Origin: Azolla caroliniana
Lineage: Eukaryota; Plantae; Polypodiophyta
Length of the DNA: 64,000 nt
Assembly: GCA_043228905.1 (NCBI GenBank)
Contig: JBHGNT010000004.1
Coordinates: 25,866,296 to 25,930,295, forward strand
Direction of reading: 5' to 3'
The position numbers and the translations under genes are program-made. Every line of letters starts with the position of its first letter. Positions within the stretch are counted from its first letter, which is position 1. Of this stretch, positions 49,176 to 60,491 are shown in pieces. The notes beneath the pieces are model-generated. The model searched no databases. It was not told the origin of the DNA and was given only the letters and a program-made list of their open reading frames with translations.

Positions 49176-51249
49176 CAAAGAAAGAGAGACAGACGCGCAG
49201 GGACCAGAAAACACAGAGAGACAGAGACAGAGAGACAGAGAGCGGCTTCTGTGTGTGTGTGTGTGTGTGTGTGTGGGGAATCGAAGCTTCTGAGCGAAGC
49301 AAGGCTTCAAACAGAAAAACAGGAACATCCAAAAATTTAAAGCGTTTCTTTATTTCCTTTAGGCTTGAGCTTTAGGCTTGAGCTTCCTTAACCGTTTGGA
49401 GCTCGGTTTGGGATGGCTCACACTGAACGGATTTGGGCCAACCCGGTTACCGAGCCGGTTAAGGCTTAATCAACTTGGCTAAACCACTTAAGCCGAAACC
49501 GAATGCCTAGCACCGAATTCGTAGACTCCATATAAATAATGTAGACGTGAGAATTTTGTTATGGATGTTAACACTACCACTATAGCTTTTCAAAATTTCT
49601 TTAGTACAAGTGAAAACCATGGAAACTATAGGAAGTTGTAAATCATAAAACAAGAATGAATAAATCAATCATAAGAGATAAACCTGTTGGGTAAGTATAG
49701 GGTGTGTTAAAAAAATGATCATGCAATGCATTGCTTGATGTGCATGTATACATGCTTCCCCCTTGGAGACATGGTCATGTCATGGTCAATTACTACCCAC
49801 ACAAACATGCCCCTCGTGAGAAGCCGTCCTATGTACATGTTGTAAACATTGATATAATCTCAAGCCACACAAAGATTTTTAATTACGCCATAATTTTTAA
49901 GAGGATTCAACATTGACAGTGTTATATTATTGTTCATGGAATGTTCTCATATGTAATGATAAATTTTCACATGATGATGAGCTTTTTATGGAATGATTAT
50001 TCCCAAGCAAATGTGCACGTGTGTGTGTGTGTGTGTGTGTATTATATAAGATTGGGGTGCTTTCCATGGGTGACCATGTGTATGGAAGTGCATATGAATT
50101 CTAGGTATGCATATATTGTGAGATTATTATGTGCAACCTACTCGAAAGTGTGCATATATGTTTTGATTATACTATAAAGTTGTGATTCATTTATAAGATT
50201 AAGAAGGGAAGGACCAAGTTATGGTTGTGATGCAAACGGATATGTGATCGATAATCATACATCCTCTCAAGGTATGACATTGGCATGGTGTCATCGAGCA
50301 ATTTGATTGGATCTTGAAATTAAGTTGATGATGTTTGACGATGCAACTAGTTCCATTCAACAATATTCTTTGTGTTGGAAGATAAAATTTTAGAGGGAAC
50401 ACCCATCATGATACCCTTCACGTGCTTGCAAACTTAACACACAAAGTTCCCTTATTTGTTAAATCCCACCATTCGTGCCCAAAAATTGTAAATGTTGAGA
50501 GACATTCAATTTAAGCGAGTTGAAAGCATCCTCATAACTTGGCATTGTCTTACGACCCCTCCCCCCCCCCCCCCCCCCCCGGAGTAAATTTTAATACTCT
50601 TGCAATGTGACATGATCATAATCATACACATTGCCAATTTGGCCCTCCTACACAATGGGTGTTGGCCTAATGTTGTTGTTACTAGGGGTGTAAGCTTGAT
50701 TGTCAATGATTGATCATTCAACCTTGCTCTAATACTTGTTGGGATACAAGTTTTTTGAGAGATCAATATTTCTAATCGTGTCCATGCGCTTGACGACAAA
50801 GATTCCATGACTTTGTCTAGTCGTTCACACCCCCAAATCTTAATGTGTTGGGAACCCTAGGTTTAGTGAACTTGTATTAGGCACTATTTTCAACCTTTGG
50901 GTTACAAAGACTGAAGTTTTAAATCCATATGCTTCGACACCACTAGATAACTCGAGCATTCTCGCATTATAACTTATGCAACATCAAAACTCTTACTTGA
51001 TACTTCAAACCATAATGGTTGGTATGTTACAAATCATAAGGTTAAGAACTATACCAACATGTTGATCCATTTATTATTAGGAACTTAGTTTAAAAAAAGA
51101 TCCCTTGAGCATATAATCTTGAATCAACCATTTGGCTAGATTAGGTGCGATAAATCATTCATGACTACAATTACTTGTAGCTATGATTAGAAATTATACA
51201 TTCAAAACGCGTGTATTTAATTGGTTACTTCCTAATTACACGGTAGTAG

Positions 51250-54200
51250 AATATATTAGAAGCCAAATTTCTTTGTCGGTGACGATCGGCAACGGTTCGG
51301 TTTGGTTCGAGAGTGTCAAAACTGAACCGTTAAAAATGTTTGAAACTTGAACCGAAAAAAACCATGAAACTGTTTAGAACAAATCCAAACCGATATACCA
51401 ATAACTCGTTAAAACTGTGGTTTCGATTTTCAACTTATGTTTAAATTCAAATTTTAAAATTTTAAAATTTTCATTATTTCAAATTTCAAAATTTCTAGAT
51501 TTTAAAGATTTTTCTAAAATGTAAGAATTAGGCTTAAAAATGTTTTTGGGTTTCTCGGCTCGATGGCCGAATGGTGGCTCGTCTTTGACTTCCCTTGGTT
51601 GGCTTGTGTCCATTGATCAACTGATTGACTATTATTCGGTTGATGCATTGTACTCGTCGATTATTGTACTCCCTCCTCAAGCTCGATAATGCAGATGTCA
51701 TTAGACCTAGGTTCGATGTAAATTGCTAGAGCTTGTCCACTCCTAAGGCTTTCGTGAAGATGTTGACAACCTGAAGATTCGTGCAAATGTGGTGCAAATC
51801 GACATCTCCAACCTGGACGCGCTCTCGAATGAAGTGATAGTGCAGTTCGATATGCTTCGTGCATGCATGGAACACTAGGTTTCGAGCCATATGAATACTG
51901 CTCATGTTGTCACAGTAATAGAGAATCAGATCCTTGACGGGAAAGCCCATATCCTTCAATATCCTTTTTAGACAAACGGCTTCACATGCAGCGACGGCTG
52001 CACCCCTTTATTCGACATCTGTGCTCGATAGTGCGATTGTAGGCTGGTTTTTACAGCTCCTGGATATTGCTCCGTTGCTGATGAAGAAAACAAACCCTGA
52101 GGTCAATCGTTTGTCGACCTTATAGCCTGCCCAATCGGCATCGGTGTACCCTTCGAGTCAAACGATTGTGTCCGACTTATACATGATGACGTAATCCATC
52201 GTCCCACATACGTACTTGAGTACTCTCTTAGCGCAATCCAGATGAACATCCCGAGGTTTCTGCATGAATTGGCCGAGTAGACCGACTGGATAGTTGAGGT
52301 CGGGTTGTGTGATGGTAAGATAGATTAACTTACTAATCAGTTGACGATACTAAGTTGACTCACATTGTTCTCTTCCAGAGCTGGCATCAAGCTTGAGGTT
52401 TCGATCGAGAGGGGTCGAGACAAGTTTACACTCAATCATCTCGAACTTGTAGAGCAAATTGAGGATGTAGTGCCGGTGAGATATAATAATCCCGACTAGT
52501 GTCCTAATTACTTCTATACTGAGGAAGTAATGGAGCTCATGCATGTCTTTCATTTCAAATCTGCTGGATAGGAGTGATTTGACCTTACTAATGTCGGTTA
52601 GATTCTTTCCTCTAATGACCAAATCATCCACGTAAAGGATGATGACAATCGGGTTGTCCGTCTCACTTTTGGCGTAGAGGGAGTTATCCGATTTTGACAT
52701 GCGGAAACCGATTTGATGAAGATACCAAGTGATCTTCGAGTGACAAGCACGCGATGCTTACTTGAGTCCATATAATGGCTTCTTGAGTCAGCAGATTGCG
52801 GTCGGATGCTTGGTTGATTCGAAACCAAGTGGTTGAATTATGGAGACCTCCTCTTCTAATTCACCTTGAAGGAAGGTGTTCTTTACATCCATTTGATGGA
52901 AGTGCCACCCTTTAGCAATTGCAAGAGCAATTACTGTCCGAACTGTTGTCATATTTGCCACCGAGGCAAGGGTCTCCTCATAATCGACTCTGTGCGTTTG
53001 ATGGTATCCCTTAGCTACGAGTTATGCCTTGTAGTGGTTGACCAAGCCGTCAACATTATATTTCACTTTATATATCCATCTGCAACCGACCACTTTCTTG
53101 TGCGGGGAATGGGGGACGAGATCCCATGTCTCGTTTTGCATAGAGCTTGCATTTCTTTGTTCATGGCTTCAATCCATCGTGGATTGGTTGCCTCTTAAAA
53201 AATTCTAGTTCTCAGACTGTTGCCACCTTCATCATAAAGGCATAATGATATGCCATATAGTTGTTGTAACCAAATCGGTTGACCGGGTTTTCTCTCCGGT
53301 GGAGTGACAAAGCTTCTCGTTTGCAGCAATTATGGCTTTCTTAACTCCATTTGTCCGGATAACCGGGACATCAAGGCCTTCGAACTCACTATCGCAGGAG
53401 TGAGTTGAGTTGTTGTTGACAAGATCTTCATATTCTGGCATTTTGTCCTTCCCTTTGTGCAAATTTGAATTCGGCTGAGATGTGCTTTGATCACTCGACG
53501 TCTCTTGAGGTCCACTCAGTTTGGTTGTAATCGGACTTTCTTCAAACATGTGCCTAAGTCGATCTTTGTCTTCTATCTCTTGGTTGACTGGGGTTGTCGT
53601 CAAAATCATCTCTGGTTCGTACCAGGATGCCAATTCGTCGAAAACGACATCACAACTCACTCGAACTTTTCAGGTAGATGGATTGTAACATTTGTACCCC
53701 TTTTGTTCAAGTGAGTACCCTACAAGGATACATTTCTCTGAATTTGGATCAAGCTTTTGTCGCTTCTGATCGAGAACATGCATATAAGCAATTGAGCCGA
53801 ATATCATAACGTGGAATAAATCCAGCTTCTTCCCGAAGAACTTCTCGTGAAGGGTGACGTCGTGTACCCTAGAGGTTGTACACTTGTTCATGAGGTAGAC
53901 GATTGTGTTAGCTGCTTCTGCCCAATATGACTTTGGCAAGTTCTTCTCATTCATCATTGCCCTTGCCACCTCTACTATGTGCTGATTCTTTCGTTCGGCA
54001 GGTCTGTTTTGTGGAGGTGTGTGTCAGCAGGAGAATTCTCGTCGAATTCCTTCCTTTCAGAGATAAGCTTAAAAATCATCCGAGAAGTACTTGCCTCCGT
54101 CCGATCGAAGGCATTAGACATGCCAACTTGTGGTTTTTTCGACTTCATTCTTAAATTTTTGGAAGCATCCGAACACTTTGCTCTTCTCCCACATAGGGTA

Positions 54201-54250
54201 GATCCAGGTGTGCTTGGAGAAGTCGTCGATGAACGTCGATGAAGTAATTG
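51250..54250 (-). mobile_element. Degenerate Ty1/Copia LTR retrotransposon (integrase-RT-RNaseH), 5'-truncated
   Basis: Integrase (ARAMMNEKNLPKSYWAEA, KCILVGYSLEQKGYKCYNP), RT (IILYVDDLVI, FEMKDM) and RNase H (CDNMSSI..NLVFHACTKHIELHYHFIRE). A PPT-like GAGGAGGGAG lies at ~51669-51678. There are many stops, and the 3' boundary is approximate. Confidence 0.9.
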
Positions 54251-54820
54251 ATGCATTATTTTCTCAATTCCAAACAAGCAAAGCGATTCAGTGCAGGTAG
54301 GGGGTAAATGAAGATTATTGTTAATGTAACTGAAAAAAGCTCGTCTCACACATTTTCCTCTATAGCAAGGACATTATATAATATTTGTTTTGATTATTTA
54401 AAATCTCATTATCAAAAAATATAGGGAAGCTTTACTCTTATGCGGTACATCTAATTACTACAATAGCACAAAAACATTTTCCTTAGACATATGGAGTCTG
54501 AATGGTATGGTTGGAGCCTAAAAATGATTATGCAAAAGCTATAGCATGCGGAGGCATTGTATAAGCCGGGAAGTAACTAATGCACTATTTTCTAAGTGCC
54601 AAACAAGCAAAGCGATTCAGTGCAAGTAGGGGGTAAATGAAGAGTATTGTTAATGTAACCGAAAAAACCTCATCTCACACATTTTCCTATGTAGCGAGGA
54701 CATTATATGATATTTGTTTTGATTATTTAAAATCTCATAGTCAGAAAATATAGGAAAGCTTTACTCTTATGCTGTACATCTAATTGCTACAATAGCACAA
54801 AAACGTTTTCCTTGGACATA
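54241..54820. repeat. Direct repeat of ~250 bp, period 329 bp
   Basis: GAAGTAA.T.ATGCA.TATTTTCT...TTTTCCTT.GACATA occurs at 54241-54491 and 54570-54820. Confidence 0.9.
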
Positions 54821-55668
54821 ATTTCTGTATTATGACCCACAGCATAAAATACAAAGTATATAGTTATCCATCATTGAATATCAGACAATCTTCAGTCCTT
54901 TTCGAGTTTGGTTGTACTTTGGTATGTTGCATGTTCTTTTATGCTGTTAATAGAAAAGATAAAATCAAGCATGGTGACATTACTGGTTCTACATATTTTA
55001 AGTGAATGCCATTTATGACACATCCGAACTACTTTTGATTGAAACCCAAGTACCACACCTAAGCAACAATCTATATGCAGAAGTACTTAATATGAAAGCA
55101 CCTTTATTGTCAAGAAACTTAATGTTTTGTGTTTGGCTACAAGCGTTCATATATATATATATTTGGTGCTATTAAATCCCATGGCTACAGGTATTTGTTA
55201 TAGGGATTTATAGTAGATCTGACAGTATTGTATTTCTGTAAATCATTTTATATTTGGCTATGTATAATAGACACAACTAATGTTTGTTACATTTTACACA
55301 CTTTCAAACATGCCTTTGTATGGATCAACAGTACTGCATTTTTGTAATTGACGTAACTTGGCGCTTATTAGATTTCACATATCAACACTTCCATCATATG
55401 CAGACGCCCTGAAATTTGTCCTTTCCTTTCACAGGCTTTGGAGCATTGGGAACCTTGAACGATTCTCACCTCCATCATTTCGAAAGAGTCAAGAACTCAC
55501 TGAGGAACGGAAATTTACAATGTACAAGGCCAATTTCTGAGATACAAGTTTCACTGCATGTGCAGAGTGACATAAATGGAAGTCAAGACTTCAAATTTGA
55601 TGTAGTATGTCCAAACTCACCTTACTCGGGGAATGAATATTAGTAAGGCATAAAGCACCAGATACAGT

Positions 55669-57338
55669 TCAAGTCTCATATATACGAAGTATATCATCGA
55701 TATCATGTCGACACATAGGGCATTTCGAATTAATATCTTGAACATTTTGTGCACAGCTACCACAGCAAACCAAGTGTCCACATGGCACAAATGCTGATCC
55801 TCTACGACTTTGTAGACAAATTATACAAAGTTCTCCATCTTCAAAACTTCTGTCTTGTTCATGCCTTCTCTCTTGTTCATGCCTTCTCTCTTGGTTGAGC
55901 TTCCAATTATTGTATCGACACCAGTTCCTGCATAAAAGAGCTTACTGATTATTTCACTAAATTTCTTTGCAATGACTATTTCCAGCACAAGACAAATTTA
56001 CAAATGTGGGAGAGCCTCTCCTGTTTCTTCTACATAATTGACATGAGACATGTTGTGAAGAAATGAAAATTGTAGTGTTTTCAGCTCTAAATATTTACCT
56101 GTAGAATACATAACTGAGCACACCTGCAGCACATGAGCTTATTATGATGCCAGTCCAGAGAAGAACCTTTGTATTTGTTGCCAACTCAATCACCATTTGT
56201 TCCCTCGTTAATTCAGTTCTATAAAGAGATAAAGAGATAATGTCTTGCCAGAACAATATTGGAATCTCTTACACACATACATATATGAAAGGAGTGGTCA
56301 AAGTTAAGTAAAAAATACAACAAACCACTCAATAGGTAGGTTATTGTACATTAAAAACCTGCATCTAAATTGACTGTTACAATTCAAGAGGATAAAATGC
56401 AGCGAACAAGAATACCTGAGTGGTGATCACCAGTATTCAATCAAGATGTCATTTTTGGGATATAATTAGCAGAAAGAAGCACTTTTTATCCCTGAATATC
56501 TCAATAGAATAAAACTGGAGAAATCATTGGAAGCATCGTCCAGCCTGATTTCTCGATTATTTTCTACATCAGCTCAGCACTTCCAAAGTTTCTGAATGAA
56601 TGTTTTGGGTGTGAACCTTACCAATCATTTTAGGTTCAATAAACAAAGAACCTTCCAAAAACCAAGCCTCTCATGTTATCTTTTCTCAATGGGAACTTAC
56701 CATTCCACCAAGAACTCAATCAAAGTGACCCACTTAAGGCAGCGTTATGGAGAGGAATCTCACTATATGGGCACCTATGTTCACTAACGGAGACTAGATC
56801 AGATCTCAAAGCATCTCAAAATTTCACTTACTTTACACAGAGGCACCTGTTATCTACAAGATGGAGACTAGAACTAGAATATATATACACAAATATGAAT
56901 ATCTGCATATGCATAGCTACGACCCATTTGAGTACAATGTTTATGAACATACAAGAAATAGGGCAGCTGCGTAGATGATTTGATAATTGGTTGACCATCT
57001 ACATTTCTATCCATAATTCCAACAGCTGTTATCTCCTTGCCTAGAGGAAGAATTTGTTCCTTATCCAAAATTGCAACCTGCAAATGGAGCATTGGAACTA
57101 GATCCTTGAGATATTAATGAATTCATTCATACTGTATGAAAACTAAAATTCATGCAACGGCACTCACAGGATATCCTCTTCCAAATAATGTTTGCAGCAA
57201 AGTGTATGGCGAGCCTTGTACAGGGATCAGCTGATGATAGACAGTAGTTAATGGAAGTTCGTGTTTTGATTGATCCATGTCTATATGGGCAAAGGAATTG
57301 CCATGAAGCCCATAACCATCAGTAAGCACAAATGGAAT
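55669..57338 (-). CDS. SPL2: SPL2/MUL1-family E3 ubiquitin ligase (GIDE domain plus C3HC4 RING), 3' four exons only
   Basis: Exons 57338-57168, 57077-56953, 56218-56099 and 55927-55669 join in frame. They give IPFVL...LPLTTVYHQLIP...YPVAILDKEQILPLGKEITAVG...LPYFLTELTREQM, a TM helix, then DGELCIICLQSRRGSAFVPCGHLVCCGSCA...KCPMCRHDI. The 5' exons were not found. Confidence 0.88.
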
Positions 57339-58739
57339 CTGCAACTCAAAGAGTGTTTTGAGCTTTCAAGTTATATTTGTGGGCATGATGAAAAAATCAA
57401 AATATGTGACCCTGAAATAGCTTTCACATTGCCAGTTCATTTCCATTAAATAACCCATCCACAAACTTCTACCGTTTAATGCAAACTGGAGTAAAGAACT
57501 GTGACCTGTTAATGGGCCTTTGAATGCAATCTACATTGTTTTATGCCTACCCAGTTTCTATCATAGGGAGGACCCTCGCATATATCTGTCACTTGAAACT
57601 CTAAACTGAATTTATGCGGTCTCACTTAATGTGACTTTATAAGGCACAAGATTAACAATTGGATGCACACACCTCCACAAACATCACAATTTAATGTTAA
57701 CTGGACCAATCACATGCTGATCCGAGGGCCTTACAACCGTGGCTAATCGAGTCTTACTTGACTTGAAGTGTTCAAGGAAGTAAAAATAAAATTATAAATT
57801 AAAACAAAAATAATGTCTCTTGGTGACACCGCAAGCTCAACTAGTGCCACCATTGAAAACTATTGAGATACCAAAGGATATGCTATGGGGATTTATGCTC
57901 CATAAGTTGGCATCATGAATGGTTTGAGCCCCTAGAAGTGAATGAACCTTTACCATCAACTCTATTTTGTGATCAAAAGGCCATCGGTTATGATGATTGC
58001 CTGCATGATAAGGAGGAAAACATCAGTACCATACTAGATAGTTAAAGCTGAGTTGGGAGTGACCACAATAGTCACAGAACCAATTTTCCAGGTCATCACC
58101 TGAATCCATCGAATCTGGGAATCACCTAGATATCAGCATCCACATTGTCTCTTGCTTCAATTATGTAATTAGCCAATACTACTATTAACAAAAGGCCAAA
58201 ATGACATATCAATCAAACATTGGATATTCTATATTGAAATAGCGTATGAACCAAAATGACATATCATTAGATATTCCAAATCAGAACAGTTACAATAGCG
58301 TGACCTATGACTTCCATGATACCCAATGGCATTTATCAGCTCGAGATAATAAGGGTGGAGGAGGTCCTTGAGCTCATAGCTATTTTGCAAGACAACACTG
58401 TAACTTGTTCGTAGGTAACTCCTCTAGGTGACATGATTCAAAGGACGTATATGGTTTCATTATTCAAAGGACGTATATGGAGACACACGTCACACGTTCT
58501 TCACACAATGATAGAGCAAGTCCAGACATGATCTCATCAACTGAGAGTAGAGATTGGACAATATACCCATAGCTTTAGGGGACAGAAACTGCCAGCACTG
58601 CAATCAAGAAGTTGAATGAGGAGCATCATCTATATTATTGACTGATCTATTATAACATATGCTACAGGACGAAATCAATCAGTGAGGCAAATCATGATTG
58701 CAAAAATGGGCGAAGTCAACTTATCAATGGATACAAAAA

Positions 58740-59250
58740 TAAAAGTGATCTAAATGCATGATGTAGCTTTATGGTCAGTCAAGATTCTCGAGATGATTGC
58801 ATGAGCATAAAGTGCATAACTACAATGCATGGAAGAGGCTATGACAAAGTTCATCAATTCTATATGGGTGTCCTCTGGCAAACTGGACATGCCAAGCAAA
58901 CATCTCCATGATCTGCTGCTGTTGGTATGGCCCATTAACTTTGTATCTTAGTACTTGCCAAGTTTGTTACTGTTGACATTCTCTGCTCATTCAATGGGGG
59001 CTCCTTTGTATATTGTCAATGGTGGTGCAAGCCTAGAGAAGAAGACAGCAATATGCAATTGCCTCTGCCTCTGAACCTCAAGCAATACTTGGCCAAGGTT
59101 ACAAGGGTCAACCTTATAAATGATCTGCCAAATGGTGTGCTCTGTAAGGAGTGCGTCATACTTCCATCCGATGTGCTTGTAACCTGGGCATTTGCACACA
59201 AAGTGTTCCATTCCATTGAATTCTGTTTGGTTTAAATGCCCCAAGGACCC
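58740..59250 (-). mobile_element. RTEX-type LINE 3' fragment
   Basis: EHFVCKCPGYKHIGWKY...NLGQVLLEVQRQR resembles the C-terminal Zn finger of the element at 5760-5820. Boundaries are approximate. Confidence 0.55.
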
Positions 59251-59491
59251 TCCTATTTTAGTATATTTTGACCCTTCAAGAGCTTTCTAGAGATACTTTC
59301 CTTATATATTTGGCCCCAATATAAGGGGTTACAGGCATTTACATTATTTTTATATCAATTGGTCATTGGTTGCGTTTCAACATGCCAAAATGACCTAAAA
59401 GTTACTTATGAATAATAATTGGTCCCAAACCTCTCATAATGAGATAGGGGACTTTGGTGGCTAGGGGCTCCTCTCCATTTTCTACACTGTT

Positions 59492-60491
59492 TGTTAGGTG
59501 TAAAGGCCTGTAGTTCACAAATTAGATAATTATTCGTATATGTGAACACATTGTTCACCTGGACAAGACACCTCTTTTTTGTAATGTGAACACACCTCTT
59601 TCTTTGTAGGGCTAACTAATATAATAACCTTTTTTTTCTTGTGTACCAATCAAGGCGGTTGGGTACACCCAAAAATCTGTGCCTCTACTCTCATCTCTAC
59701 TACAGTCTTGTTTGCTGAACATCATCAATCAATAGCTGCTCCCTCAAACATCCCTCTTTACCTTTAACTGGTACCAGAGCCAAATCTCTTTCCTCTGCTT
59801 TGCTGTTTTTTTTAGATTTAGAATCAGCAGCAAACACAATTTTTTTTTAAAATAAAAAAAATTCTGTCAGACCCTTTCCTATTGGTATTCTGCTCAATTT
59901 TCTGAAGGAATCTGTCATAAATCTTAGGAGCAATGGCCTCCACTTCAACTGAAATAAAAAACCTCTTGAAATCAAGAGATTTGATGGAAAAGGTTTTGAA
60001 TTATGGAAAGAGCGTATGCTGGGCATTCTCTTTCTGAGAGATTGTGAAGATGCTCTCGTGGAAAAAAAACCAGAGAGCATGGAAAATGATGCTTGGAACC
60101 CTCTGAATAAGAAAGTCATTCAAGTTCTTGTAGATATAAAGGCCTTGATTACTGCCCATCAAGTTTGGGAGAAACTTAAGAAAACTTACGAGAATACTAC
60201 TCCTGTGAATCAGGTGCATTTGATGAGAAAACTTGTCAATATGAGGCTTGATGAGTCGAAAGGTGCAACAGAGCATCTATTGTTATTCACAGGTACTCTC
60301 TCTCAACTAAAAGATTCAGGATTACCAGCTTTTGATGACAAGCTCAAAGCTCTTTTCTTACTTATGACTTTACCTGATTTGTGGGAAACATTAGTTGTTT
60401 CACTATCTAATAGCCCCACCTTGACCTTCGATGGTGTGCGGGGCTCTATTCTCAATGAAGAGATTAGAAGACAATCTAGCAAAGAAGGTAG
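59492..60491 (+). mobile_element. Copia element A: 5' LTR (59492-59766), PBS and disrupted gag
   Basis: LTR TGTTAGG...CCTTTA and PBS TGGTACCAGAGCC (tRNA-iMet type, one mismatch). The gag starts at ~59932 and has a frameshift and a 27-nt deletion relative to the copy at 63460. It is cut at 60491 by element B. Confidence 0.9.

Noticed and set aside
49600-51250. Short ORFs upstream of AUG3
   Set aside because: No motifs; probably old repeat debris.
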